Source: Octopus sinensis | Taxonomy: Eukaryota | Direction: 5' to 3' | NCBI RefSeq assembly: GCF_006345805.1 | Contig: NC_043006.1 | Coordinates: 9,796,001-9,860,000 of the forward strand | Length of the DNA: 64,000 bases | In this document: positions 13,281 to 27,098 of the stretch, piece by piece | Position numbering within the stretch: the first letter of the stretch is position 1 | Layout: each line of letters starts with the position of its first letter | Notes under the pieces: generated by a model | Databases searched by the model: none | The model's input: the letters and a program-made list of their open reading frames with translations, nothing else | What the model was told of the DNA's origin: nothing | Position numbers and translations under genes: made by a program

Positions 13281-13500
13281 TATTTCTTTACTACCCACAA
13301 GGGGCTAAACACAGATGGGACAAACACGGACAGACAAACGGATTAAGTCGATTACATCGACCCCAGTGCGTAACTGGTACTTAATTTATCGACCCCGAAA
13401 GGATGAAAGGCAAAGTCGACCTCGGCAGAATTTGAACTCAGGACGTAACGGCAGTCGAAATACGGCTACGCATTTCGCCCGGCGTGCTAACGTTTCTGCC
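13281..13500 (-). mobile_element. SINE family B, tail type 1, with 8-bp TSD
   Basis: Near-consensus copy; CATATATC at 13273-13280 and 13500-13507. Confidence 0.9.
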
Positions 13501-13799
13501 ATATATCCTTTAGGTTCGGTTGCGGAAAGCGCTTTTGCGTAGACATATTTAAAGGTCCTGATTTGCTATGTCGGCTACAGCTTAAGGGAACCAATTTGCA
13601 ATAGTACTTGCCCCGAGGATTGTACCGAGTTGTACCGATATAATTTTGAATAAACAATGAAATTTATGCATGGGTGGAATTTATAAATATTTTAAAGCAT
13701 CGCAACGCGCATAGTGTTGTATTATAAATTTTATATATGGATTATTATCATTGCAATTATTATATATATACTTTTCACTTTCTTTCATTCTGTTTTTTG

Positions 13800-13950
13800 T
13801 TCCGATCATTAGACTGTAGGCATGCTGGAATAAAGCCTTGCGGTTTTTTGTTTTTATTTGTTAAGGTAGCTACTTATTTTGTCGCCATCTTTTGACAATC
13901 CGCTAAGTAACGGGAAGGCAAACACGCCAACACTGGTTGTCAAGCATTGA
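13800..13950 (-). mobile_element. SINE family A 3' half, degraded
   Basis: CCGCTAAGTAACGGG..AAACACGCCAACACTGGTTGTCAAGCATTG matches family A. Confidence 0.45.
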
Positions 13951-14349
13951 TATGGAACGAGACAGAAATGCACAGACACACATACGCACATACACACATA
14001 CACACACATACGTACGAACACACTCAAACACACACACACACATACACACACGGCTGATTTATTCAAGAACCGTTATTGCAACCATGTCGCCAGCTTCAAG
14101 AGAATCAAGAGACATTCAAAATTAGCCGATTTTGTATGGCTTGTGATCAGAAATGCACATATTGTCAGCCACTAATGAACATACTCAACTGGTTAAGGTC
14201 AAACAACTGACAAGGAAATCTGTGGTATTGAGCAGAATATTTGCTGTAGTCCATCGTTTATACCAAGACAAAAGAATGTACATGATAACACTTCTAATCA
14301 GTTAAGATCAAAAGCCATGAGAGCCACTGTCTGGTACTGCATCAGAGCA

Positions 14350-14369
14350 TTTATTATTATTATTATTAT

Positions 14370-14417
<48 letters not shown>

Positions 14418-14466
14418 CAGCAGCAGCAGCAGCAGCAGTAGTATTAGTAGTAGTAGTAGTAGTGAT

Positions 14467-14535
<69 letters not shown>
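14350..14535. repeat. Compound trinucleotide microsatellite (ATT)(AGT)(AGC)
   Basis: Direct reading; source of the poly-Ser ORF 14317-14589. Confidence 0.95.
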
Positions 14536-14536
<1 letters not shown>

Positions 14537-15976
14537 ATGTTGTTCAGTTCTTAACCACTACGCCATATGCCCATGTGCAAACAAAATGAGGACAAATATC
14601 CGTTGAATGTAAATAATGTAAATAATTCACATAATTCCTCATCTCTTATATATAGAACTGTATTCGGGAAATTTGTTTTGTGAAACTCGGTGTAAAGAAG
14701 ATTCATGAAAGGTTTAGCTTCTAACAAAATATAAACACTAATTCATGTCGTAATCTTGCTTGTTGCTGAACTATAAGAATAAATGGAACTGAGTCAATAC
14801 TGAGTCGCTACTCACTGAGTGAACCTGTTGGAATCATGAAGAATTTCTCTCGCAAATCAGAGCTTAGCATTTTAAGAAAGAATGGTGACTATCCTACTAA
14901 ATAAGGCAGTTCATTGGGTTTCTTAACGAAAGGAAATATGGTTTTCTCAGCAGGAATGCCTTTGATGAGAGATTTGTTTTATAGAATGAATTGCTAATGC
15001 ATTTTAATTTCCTGCAATATCTACATTTCCTTCGCTTTCCTAAATTTAATCCTCGTTACTTTTATACAAAATCCTCAATATTTATCTTTGGTCTAATGAT
15101 AATCAACAATGATTTCAAAAATATTTTTGCTGAAGTTAAAATCTATATGCATAATTTTAGTATTAACCGCGATTGTTACGTTTAATTTACTGCATAATAT
15201 TCCTACTAATTTTCTCATATAATTTTCATAGAAAATTCGAAACTGCTAAGTGACCGCTAGTTATCTCATTAATACTGGAATTGAGAAAAACAAAAGACAT
15301 GGAAATACTTGCAATTCTATTTAACATAGACGTGGCTGATTGTAAACTATTTTTATGTAGATTTCTATATTGCGCTGTCACAATCATACGCCTAAATACT
15401 AATACACTGCGAATAAATTATATCAACTGCTTCAATAAAATCTTTCTTGTTAAGTATAGAATAAATGCGTTGGTGCTCTTGAAGTTCTTTTGTTTGTTTT
15501 GTTTTTTTGTGGTTGTTTTATAGAATATATTCATATTGATGTGTGCAAAATCAAATATAATCGAAAATAATTATTAGTGGAAAAAAGTTTTAATCTCTAA
15601 ACGACTAATGATACTGTCTTTGCAAATGCAATCATTACGAAATTTAATTATGATAACTAATTAATCTTATTATGAGACACATCTAACAGCAACATGAAAT
15701 ATCTAAATTGAAGTCTAGTTTATATTAATAGATTAGAGCAGTGAGAGATTCTATAGATTGTCTTTCTCTGTTATGTTTAAATGAGTTCAAATCAACCACA
15801 GTTCGATATTCTTCTAGATCCTCTAAAAGTATATAAAATGCATATCGATGTAGTAAATAGCAAAGACGGAAATTCACATATGTCATATGTTTATACTATA
15901 GGTCATTTGCCGGTGCAGCATTAAGTATCATTCGGTTTGTTTATTCGACATGAGCGACGGAAGCAATATTAGTACC

Positions 15977-16211
15977 TATTTCTTTACTACCCACAAGGGG
16001 CTAAACACAGAGGGGGACAAACAAGGACAGACAAACGGATTAAGTCGATTATATCGACCCAAGTGTGTAACTGGTACTTAATTTATTGAACCCGAAAGGA
16101 TGAAAGGCAAAGTCGACCTCTGCGAAATTTGAACTCAGAACGTAACGGCAGATGAAATACAGCTGAGCATTTCGCCCGGCGTGCTAACGTTTCTGCCAGC
16201 TCGCCGCCTTT
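15977..16211 (-). mobile_element. Full-length SINE family B with 18-bp TSD
   Basis: GGAAGCAATATTAGTACC (15959-15976) and GGAAGCAATATCAGTACC (16212-16229) flank it. A-box-like TGGCAGAAACG and B box GAGTTCAAATT. Confidence 0.92.
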
Positions 16212-18503
16212 GGAAGCAATATCAGTACCGAATAGCAATCATTACATTCTACTTAATGTGAAGGTATTTTAAGAACACCGTAATACTGCAGTAATCCTTT
16301 TAAGTGAGCAACTCGTATTGTTGATTATTGCTTACAAACATCAGAAATATCAGTATAAGACGAAAGCCGTCCATAACTGGTGGTAGAACTAATATATCAC
16401 ATGGTTTGTTCTTCAGAAGCAGCGTGTATCCACTCTTACCGTATGCAGGGTAAACCTTACTTCTAGTCGCATACAGCCCGTTGAATGGCCCTACCAGTGC
16501 TGGGTAATTTTCGCCTGTTTCTGATATTTCTGCGTTTTTTAAACACTAAACTTCTACATGAGACGTTCTTTCGAGCCGAATAACAGCTTTAGTACGTTCC
16601 TTCAACACATACACTTTAAATAATATATAAAGATCACTATCCAGATACTAATATTTATAGCATTATACTGCTGTTATTTCAGCGTACAAATAATGACGTA
16701 AGTACCCATATTTCGTGCGTGAGTGTTAGATCAACTCCTGTAATTAAGTGATTGAAAATAAGACGATGAGAGATTTGAAACGAGATTGCTAAGAGACAAC
16801 ACTATATATTATGCATTTCATTCAAAATGGGTTGTATAAATCTAGCCCTCAGTCATTTCCATGGTAGAGTTTAACCTCAGGAGAGTAATGTTCAAACGAC
16901 ACCATTTTTGACTTAAGATTGTGGTTGAGTAGCAACACAGTGAATGATGTTGTTGTTTTTTTAATGCCACAGTTTGTCGACCTTTTTTTGTTATATTTTG
17001 ATATAAAACCCTGCTTAAGTTATTTGCATTTGCACTATGGAAACTGCATTGATATACTGAATCGAAACAATTCCTCTCATCATAGAAAGCTCGTGACCTT
17101 ATTTCAGTGTAAGAAACTATAATTGAATACGTAAATAATTGAAATTAGAAACAATTTTTGTTTTAGCAATTATCAATATTTAGCATTTCTTTATGAAGAA
17201 TTTTGCAAACACACTATAATCAAATTAAAACATTTTCAATATTTGTACAAGAATTATATTTTAAAAAATATTTCAGTTTTTCGTTGTATATTTTAAAATA
17301 TTTGCTGGTCGACATGAAATATTAATGATACAGAAGAGAGTAGAAGTTGTAAGGAAATATAGTAAAGAGAATAAATTCACATGAGTAAGCAATCGCAAAA
17401 AAAAAAGAAGTGAAAATATTTAACATTTTGTATTGGAATAGGAAATCAACAAAATACCAAAAATTTACCGAACAAACTTATATAAAAATGTTAACGGATA
17501 TTTCAAAATCTTTATTTCTATCAATTTCCTTTTCGCCTCTTTTCTTCCCGCACTAACTTTGATACGGAAACTATTAAAGGCTGTGTATTCGTTCCAAAAT
17601 AATAATATAGATGAGAAAAAAAAATTAAAAGAATTTGAGCGTGAAGAGAGTAAATTTGCTTTGGCCCGTTTTCAAATATATTTTCTTCTTTATTTTTATA
17701 TTTAATTTGAGTTTCCATATAAATTATATTTTCTGTTAACAAACAGATTTCAATACTTCAAAATTTAGCTGAGGAAATGTATCGGGGAACTGTCATACGA
17801 CCATAAATATAATTAGCATGATTGGTAGATAAAACTTATGGAAGCGATGTAAAGTTTGTAAAATAATTCAATATATGTTAAAAGAAACGATGATATCAAT
17901 ATTTTATCTTAAATGCTAATTTTCGAATCACACTACGACTTACAATGTGTTCATTAGGAAACGAACTCGTGATAGTGAATAAAGAAACATCTACATTATA
18001 TCTGATCATTCATTTTTGCTATGAATTGAAAAATAAAAAAGGGTAATAGATTTTTTTAAGTTTGCAAATTTAGAGTAATTTTAACTATTTGATACATATT
18101 GGGTAATTCTAGCCACAGACACATTAGTGACAGTTTCTATAGTAACAAGCGATGCTGTAGTCTGCTCCGGAAAAGGATGCAACGATTAACGTGTATGTCA
18201 GAAATGATACATGGTTCAGAAGCGTTATCTTCGTCACAACTGATCATCTCGTTCGTAAATTTTGGGAAAAAATAAAAGTATTCATGGATTACAGTGAAAT
18301 GTATGAAATGAACATTACCATAATAATAAATAATATAATATCTCTCTGTCTATAAATCTAGTGAAGAAGTATTAGTAACGCTATAACAAAACATTGTCCA
18401 AAACATTATAAACAGATCTCCATGAAATTTTGGGTCAGACTATAGAAATGGGTGAGTGATAAAATAGTACGTCTAATATGGAACACAATTATATACACAC
18501 ACA

Positions 18504-18545
<42 letters not shown>

Positions 18546-18554
18546 ACCACACAC

Positions 18555-19570
<1,016 letters not shown>

Positions 19571-20780
19571 ATCTGTACATCTGCTATAGGTTGCGAACCG
19601 TTCTACCTACATGTTCATTCCAATACAATAGTTTTATGCATTTATTTAGATATAAAAGTAACACAGGTTTCCATATAATCACACACGTATTTTTATGTGT
19701 GTGCATGCGTGATTATTTACGTATATGCGATTGTATATATGGGATTTTGGGGAATGGAACTTCACTTGAGATACATCTTTTCATAGACGGTTTGCAATCT
19801 CTTCTATGTCAATACGACAGAAGTTGGATTTTCACAATTTGTCCACGAGTAATAAATATTCTGTTGAAAACTCTATTTTCAAAGAATTTGACTTGGTTTT
19901 GTTTATATGACTATATACTTTGGAATGGTTTAATCTTAAAGTATCGACAATCATGAGGTAACGAGATCTTTCCTTATAAATAGATACATTACAGTCAACA
20001 TCTAGGTTACCTTTGAACTTGTAAATCCCGTTTAACAAGCAGTCATATAACAGCTTTTAAAACATATCTTGAATATCCAGATGAGAGATACTTAATCCAT
20101 ATGCCATGATTCTAAAGAGTCATTAGATTTATAACAGATTGTTTTTAAAATACCATGCAGACTTGGGGAATTACGCCTACTGTTGCTAACATCAATATAT
20201 ATATATATATATTGCCGTTCTTCTTGGCTTCTATTTTACAAAGATATACTATACCGTTTTCAAAAATAAGACACTTCAAAGGATGCAGGAAGGTACTTAG
20301 GGAATAAATAAATATCACGTTATATCACTTTGAGAATACGTTCAGCAATGTGAGAATTGTGAATTTAATTTAATAAAAGGTCAGAGACATTCTTTGAGGT
20401 TCTAGTATATAACAACTAGCTCAAGTGACAACGGAAAGAACGTGTGAAGTCTAGAGGACTACAAATCTTGACGTTCTGTAGGGAATATAGACAATGTAAT
20501 TGGCATCTAAAATTTGAATAGAGGTTTAGACGACTTTGAGAGATAGCTGACATCATCATAAAAATAAAGATTGTTTTTGCGAACCTTCATAAATGTAGCA
20601 AAATATCGTAGGTTGCAGAAATAATAGTGCACTTAAATAAGGTTGTACAAATTCCAACTAGTAACATTGCATGTTCTAAATCTAACAAATATCTGCGTAC
20701 ACACACAAAAACAAACTCACGCACAAACACACACACAACACACACATATGTATATATTATATATGTATGTATCTATCTAC

Positions 20781-20867
<87 letters not shown>

Positions 20868-20874
20868 GACATAA

Positions 20875-22075
20875 CAGGTCGTCAAGTATGAAATTTGCAG
20901 AAAAGAAAAAAAAGTTTGCGAATATTTTATAGATAAAAGGAATAGTTTTATTTATCAAAGTATTCAGCCATGTTGTCAATAGACTTTTGCCATTCCAGCG
21001 CCAGCTTGTCCAGCCCTGAACTGTAAATGCCTGGCAATCTAGACTAAATTTCCTGTTAAAAAGTTATCCAAATTATGGAAGAAGTGGTAGTATGTGTGGG
21101 AAGATCAGGTAAGTATGGTAGATGATGGAGAACATACAACTCAAACTCCTGTAGTCAATTTTGCTACAATGTCATTTTTGCTATGTGTGGTCTAGCCTTG
21201 TCTTGCAAGAAAATAGAAGTGGATCTGTTGACTAACGTAGGCTTTTTGTAAGTTTCTGCGTCATTTGGTCCAGTTGACTGCAGTATATCTCGGCCTTGAT
21301 TAATGAACCAGGTTTAATGAAATCATAATGGATCACACCTGCGCCACACACCATCAGCTTCTTTTGATGAATTTTGGGTTTTGGACTGTGCGTTGGTGGA
21401 TCGTCTTTGTCCAACCATTGAGCCGAACGTTTACAATTGTTGTATTGCATCCATTTCTCATCACATGTTATTATTCGACTGAAAAATTATTCATTTTTAT
21501 GACGAAAAATTAGTATAATATGTTGCTGTTTCAGATTTTCATTGAGTTCATGGGGAACCCACGTACCCAACTTTTTCACTGGAAAAAGGTGAGTTAATAT
21601 TATTTGCTTACTAACGCCAAACAACAACGACAATTCACGGTCACTTTGAGATGGATCTGACTAGACGGTGGCTTTCAGTTCTTTATTATCCACCTTTGGT
21701 TCTGGTCAACCGGGCTGCTTATTTTTTAGGTCAAAGTTACTAGAACGAAATTTTGCAAATCAATTTGATACTCTCAGCTGTGCAATAACATTAGAATCAA
21801 ATACTCCATAAATATTCCAAGCTGTCTGTGATGATCTGTTTCCAAGGAAGAACTCATATTTGAAAACTGTACAAATTTTCTACTTATCTCTGAATAAACA
21901 AAGCAAAAAGTGATTTATAAGTACATTATAAAGCGCAAAATGAGTTAGAATAAAGAAATATATGCGTCAGTTTTCTAACAAAAATAAAGATTGTCAAAAT
22001 ATAATAATGGCGTAAAGTCAGCAGCTGTCCAAGTTTAAGATATATCTTACTACACATTTCATACTTGACGACCAA
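20875..22075 (-). mobile_element. Full-length, decayed mariner transposon (~1.2 kb)
   Basis: Perfect 18-bp TIRs (20877-20894, 22056-22073). Transposase motifs across frameshifts: FAKFRSSNFDL, TCDEKW (21451-21468), KKLMV, QDKARPH, YLPDLP. Confidence 0.9.
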
Positions 22076-22229
22076 ATACATAGGCATATATATAAACATA
22101 CACACCTATACACACATATGTACGTACGTACATACATACATGCATACATATCCGTTAAGTTCGCTAACGGTAACCCTATTTCAGTACGTACATAAATGCT
22201 CCTGTGTATTTATATGTGGGATACAGCCC

Positions 22230-22381
22230 AATGATTGCAATTTGCAACACAACCTTTATGGGATCGTACCGAGCGGTGGTGATTGATAAACACCAACACG
22301 AAATTCTAACTTGTTGTGTCTTGAGGTCTCTGGATGAGACTTGGAGTCAACTGTTAAAAATAAAAAGCAAAACTCAAACAC

Positions 22382-22424
<43 letters not shown>

Positions 22425-22441
22425 TAATAATAATAATAATG

Positions 22442-22475
<34 letters not shown>

Positions 22476-22510
22476 TAATAATATAATAATAATAATAATA
22501 ATAATGATGA
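22230..22510 (+). mobile_element. LINE 3' end with (AAT)n tail, probable R4/Dong clade
   Basis: AACACCAACACGAA...CTTGAGGTCTCTGG.TG.GACTTGG block shared with 28900-29130, followed by (AAT)n. Confidence 0.5.
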
Positions 22511-22703
22511 TGATAATGATAAGATGAAATCATACCAACTAACAAATATGAAGAAGAAGAAGAAGAAGAAGAAGAAGAAGAAGAAGAAGAAGAAGAAGAA
22601 GAAGAAGAAGAAGAAGAAGAAGAAGAAGAAGAAGAAGAAGAAGAAGAAGAAGAAGATGATGATGATGATGATGACGATGATGATGATGATGATGATGATG
22701 ATG
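22383..22703. repeat. Compound microsatellite (AAT)n-(AAG)n-(ATG)n
   Basis: Direct reading. Confidence 0.95.
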
Positions 22704-22706
22704 AAA

Positions 22707-22960
22707 TAACAGAAGCTATAAAACAAATGAAATCCACACTAAAACTAGAACAGCAACGGACCTTGATAAAACGATTGCAAGAAAAGCCCCTTCATGGCAA
22801 ATACTGGACTAAAATAAATGCAAAAGAAATAGACAAAGAAAAATCCCAGCAATGGTTCAGAAGCTCAGGACTCAAAGCAGAGAGAGATGTATTTTTAATT
22901 GCAGCACAAGACCAAAGCCTCCCCACCAGAAATTACCAAAAACATGTAATGAAAAGAAAT
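22707..22960 (+). pseudogene. R4/Dong-clade LINE ORF fragment
   Basis: EKPLHGKYW..IDKEKSQQWFRSSGLK...FLIAAQDQSLPTRNYQK, the conserved block upstream of the CCHC motif in R4/Dong elements. Confidence 0.75.
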
Positions 22961-23052
22961 ATTCTAGTTTCATTGTAGAATAGTTTTAGCATGACTGCCT
23001 TAGGAACGTTCTACAACGAAGCATTATGAAGTTTCTTTTAAGACTTATCTCT

Positions 23053-23462
23053 CTCTTTTACTCTTTTACTTGTTTCAGTCATTTGACTGCGGCCATGCTG
23101 GAGCACCGCCTTTAGTCGAGCAAATCGACCCCGGGACTTATTCTTTGTAAGCCCAGTACTTATTCTATCGGTCTCTTTTGCCGAACCGCTAAGTGACGGG
23201 GACGTAAACACACCAGCATCGGTTGTCAAGCAATGCTAGGGGGGACAAACACAGACGCACAAACATATACATACACATACATACATATATATACATATAC
23301 GACAGGCTTCTTTCAGTTTCCGTCTACCAAATCCACTCACAAAGCATTGGTCGGCCCGAGGCTATAGCAGAAGACACTTGCCCAAGATGCCACGCAGTGG
23401 GACTGAACCCAGAACCATGTGGTTGGTAGGCAAGCTACTTACCACACAGCCACTCCTGCGCC
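23053..23462 (-). mobile_element. Full-length tRNA-derived SINE family A
   Basis: A box TGGCTGTGTGG, B box GGTTCAGTCCC, central CTTGGGCAAGTGTCTT, (GAGTAAAA)n tail. Confidence 0.92.
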
Positions 23463-23559
23463 TATTATGTTTATTTGTCTATACTTTTACTCTTACTTGG
23501 TTCTTAAATTCTTTACTAAATTTTAATATATTAATATATAAATTTTGCTAAGTTGGGAT

Positions 23560-23990
23560 ATACATGTTTTCCCGTAATTTTAATTCCCACACTTATATCT
23601 TATTGTGACCGCTTTTGGTTTCCAATTTAGGACGCTTTTGTTTGACATTGATAGTATGATAAGTCAGCCCCTGTCCTTTCTCTTTCTGGTTATCACCTCT
23701 TCTCTATACATCATTATATTACTAGTAACCTCTCGGACAATATTTTTATGTGGACATGGCTGGTTTTATGGACCCAGTAAAATAGAGGTAGGGGAGAGAA
23801 TATCTGACTTTAATAAAGTTATCACCTCCAGCGAGAACATAACTGCCAATTCCAAAACATTTAATTTTCAGAGGTTGTAGACTACATGCTCCAATGAGTT
23901 CTTAGAATGAGATAAGCATAATGATGAATTTAGCTATATTACCATTCCTCTTTCTTCACACCGATTATTTTCATCCTGCCACTGTATATT
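23560..23990 (-). pseudogene. Possible decayed APE endonuclease fragment of a CR1/L2-type LINE
   Basis: Remnants PTSILLG..CPH and S(G/D)HNKI in broken frames. Confidence 0.33.
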
Positions 23991-24334
23991 ATAGTAAGCT
24001 TTAAGTATTTTCCCTAAATTCATTCTACTACAAAAGTAGCAAAGGAAGCAATGCAATTATTTTAGTCTCTAGTAATGATGGAAAATTTGCTAAATAATAT
24101 AACGGTGTATCTTGTATTTTGGAAATCTATATGCTCGTCTGCGCCGAGGAGAGCGGTGTATTTGAAATGGCTGTAATGTTTGCATTGATTGATTAAATGG
24201 AGCTGCTTCTAACGGCCGCAATGCACTGCTACCTTGCTATCCTTGTTACTTATTTCGTTTATATATATACACACATAGTGTAATCTCAGCTCAAAGCTGC
24301 AGCCGTGCTGGAGTACCGCCGTTTTGCTACACTG

Positions 24335-24685
24335 TTATTATTGAGAGCCTCCTCTAATATGTGTCATTTGGTGAATGAGGAAGTTTGACGTCGCTACCCT
24401 CATTTGCTCCTCTGGCTGCGAAGTAGGTTAATCTGGGACTCTAGAAAGTACGAGTTCCTGTTTGGATTTGAAAACATCTACATCCACTTTGTGTTGGTCC
24501 CTATAGCTCTTTGGAAGAATATTAAAATATTGTGGACCCCTGAAACCCAGGTTGTTGCAGTAACTGGACCTGAAGCACGAAGCATTGCTGGGATCTCTGG
24601 CACTGTTCAGTGTCAACCAGTTCTGGCATTGGTGTAGCTTTCTATGCCAAAATTGGGCACAATTCCTTCCAGGATCTTCCAAATG
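24335..24685 (-). pseudogene. CR1-type LINE 3' end
   Basis: ORF 24428-24682: RSSYCNNLGFRGPQYFNILPKSYRD...VFKSK..LSRVPD, a CR1-like C-terminus. Confidence 0.72.
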
Positions 24686-24787
24686 TATATTACTGCATAA
24701 CGTCGGATGTAATCAATTGAACCACACGCGTATTTATCGTTATAGTAAAATCTGGCGTGTGATTGAGTGGATTTCATCCAGATAGTC

Positions 24788-24861
24788 TTGGCTGAGAGCT
24801 ACAAAGGGATTTTTTGTAAGTAATATACATTTATTCATTAATAGCGAAACAATTGTCCCAA
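24788..24861 (+). ncRNA. Type-I hammerhead motif, family 2, copy 1 (N7 missing)
   Basis: Stem I TTGG/CCAA; CTGA-GA; stem II GCTA...TAGC; GAAA; stem III palindrome ACAATTGT; GUC site ending 24857. Confidence 0.65.
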
Positions 24862-25311
24862 AAAAATCTGTATTTATTGTTATTTTTTACTTGCCCTGTC
24901 GTGTGAGCTAACAGTCGTACTGGCTTCATGGGAAACATGTATTTTCGTGGTTGAAACCTTTTGGATTAACTGGTGCTAGAGTGAGCAATATAGTGACCAC
25001 TCTCTTATATTTATTTTGTAAAAATATTATAATATGTTATAAAATATTATAATAATCCAGGTTCTCGTAGCACTAGGCCACTTGGTGTTGAATAAATATA
25101 CTATTAAATTAGTATCTAATTCTCTCACCCTTATTAATTAATTAAATTATGCTGCATTTATTTCTAAATGCTGTATTTGTTTCCGTGAAAGTTTGGCGCG
25201 CTGTTGGTTGGGGCATTGAATTATAACGTCGGATGTAATCAATTGAACCACACGCGTATTTATCGTTATGGTAATCTGGCGTGTGATTGAGTGGATTTCA
25301 TCCAGATAGTC

Positions 25312-25388
25312 TTGGCTGACTAGCTACAAATGGATTTTTTTGTAAGTAATATTACATTTAATTCATTAATAGCGAACAATTGTCCCAA
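25312..25388 (+). ncRNA. Type-I hammerhead motif, family 2, copy 2 (G8->U, one A of GAAA missing)
   Basis: TTGG CTGACTA GCTA...TAGC GAA CAATTG TC CCAA; site ending 25384. Confidence 0.6.
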
Positions 25389-25660
25389 AATAATCTGTTT
25401 TTTGTTATTTTTTACTTGCCCTGTCCGTGTGAGCTAACAGTCATACTGGCTTTCATAGGAAACATGTTTTCGTGGTGTTGAAAACCTTTTGGATTAACTG
25501 GTGTAGAGTGAGATATAGTGACCACTCTCTATATTTATTTTGTAAAAATATTATAATATGTTATAAAATATATAATATCCAGGTTTCTCGTAGCACTAGG
25601 CCACTTGGTGTTGAATAAATATACTATTAAATTAGTATCTAATTCTCTCACCCTTATTAA

Positions 25661-25717
<57 letters not shown>

Positions 25718-25917
25718 ATATATAAATTAATTTTATTTTATCGCATTCTGACTTTGTTTACATATTTCTCGATAAATTTTGAGCGTTAGACTATATACCA
25801 GAAATCCCTAGTTTGTCGGTTACGTTCTGAGTCTGCGCAGTGATCTGATTAGTTAGAAAGAGCAAATCAGTAGACGCACATGTTGCCTATCGGGTTGTGA
25901 TATAAGAATAACAGGAA

Positions 25918-25987
25918 TCTTACTGAAGAGCCAACCTGAGCAAATAAATATTTTTATTGCTGAAAAAGGCGAAACTGCAGTCTAAGA
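25918..25987 (+). ncRNA. Type-I hammerhead ribozyme, family 1, copy 1
   Basis: Stem I TCTTA/TAAGA; canonical CTGAAGA; stem II GCC...GGC with inner AGCAA.TAAA/TTTATTGCT hairpin; GAAA; stem III palindrome ACTGCAGT; GUC site ending 25982. Confidence 0.88.
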
Positions 25988-26316
25988 AGAACCGAGTTAG
26001 TAAAAGTTTTTATTTTCATTTCACTAAATTTATCAAGCTTCTGTGTTTCTAGTAAATACTTCGCCGCTTAATGTACTTATATATGAATAATATATGGCCT
26101 GTGCTAGAAACACCAGCGATAATAATTAATTTTATTTTATCGCATTCTGACTTTGTTTACATATTTCTCGATAAATTTTGAGCGTTAGACTATATACCAA
26201 AAATCCCTAGTTTGTCGGTTACGTTCTGAGTCTGCGCAGTGATCTGATTAGTTAGAAAGAGCAAATCAATAGACGCACATGTTGTCTATCGGGTTGTGAT
26301 TTAAGAATAACAGGAA

Positions 26317-26386
26317 TCTTACTGAAGAGCCTACCTGAGCAAATAAATATTTTTATTGCTGAAAAAGGCGAAACTGCAGTCTAAGA
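26317..26386 (+). ncRNA. Type-I hammerhead ribozyme, family 1, copy 2
   Basis: As copy 1, with stem II GCCT/AGGC; site ending 26381. Confidence 0.9.
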
Positions 26387-26715
26387 AGAACCGAGTTAGT
26401 AAAAGTTTTTATTTTCATTTCACTAAATTTATCAAGCTTCTGTGTTTCTAGTAAATACTTCGCCGCTTAATGTACTTATATATGAATAATATATGGCCTC
26501 TGCTAGAAACACCAGCGATAATAATTAATTTTATTTTATCGCATTCTGACTTTGTTTACATATTTCTCGATAAACTTTGAGCGTTAGACTATATACCAAA
26601 AATCCCTAGTTTGTCGGTTACGTTCTGAGTCTGCGCAGTGATCTGATTAGTTAGAAAGAGCAAATCAATAGACGCACATGTTGTCTATCGGGTTGTGATT
26701 TAAGAATAACAGGAA

Positions 26716-26785
26716 TCTTACTGAAGAGCCTACCTGAGCAAATAAATATTTTTATTGCTGAAAAAGGCGAAACTGCAGTCTAAGA
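26716..26785 (+). ncRNA. Type-I hammerhead ribozyme, family 1, copy 3
   Basis: Same motif as copy 2; site ending 26780. Confidence 0.9.
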
Positions 26786-26985
26786 AGAACCGAGTTAGTA
26801 AAAGTTTTTATTTTCATTTCACTAAATTTATCAAGCTTCTGTGTTTCCAGTACATACTTCGCCGCTTAATGACTTATATATGAATAATATATGGCCTGTG
26901 CTAGAAACACCAGCGATAATAATTAATTTTATTTTATCGCATTCTGACTGTATATATATATATATATATATAGATATATATATAT

Positions 26986-27039
<54 letters not shown>

Positions 27040-27098
27040 ACGGAGATGTTCTTGCGTAGCAAGCGATTTGATCTGAGATCGTGTGCTGGAACGAAAAC

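Larger units (their letters stand above)
24697..25665 (+). repeat. Near-tandem duplication, 526-bp offset, each copy with an HHR-like motif
   Basis: ATAACGTCGGATGTAATC at 24697 and 25223; copies differ mainly by 1-nt indels. Confidence 0.92.
25724..26949 (+). repeat. Tandem array of 399-bp HHR-bearing units (3 full plus a short partial); retrozyme-like
   Basis: TCGCATTCTG at 25741, 26140, 26539, 26937; a few scattered substitutions between units; TA tracts on both sides. Confidence 0.95.

Noticed and set aside
16448-16555. Possible minus-strand exon ending at a GTAAGA donor
   Set aside because: Weak acceptor and unrecognisable peptide.
25724-26949. CRISPR-like or coding interpretation of the tandem arrays
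   Set aside because: Eukaryotic context, whole units repeat with no unique spacers, and no long ORF although 399 is divisible by 3.
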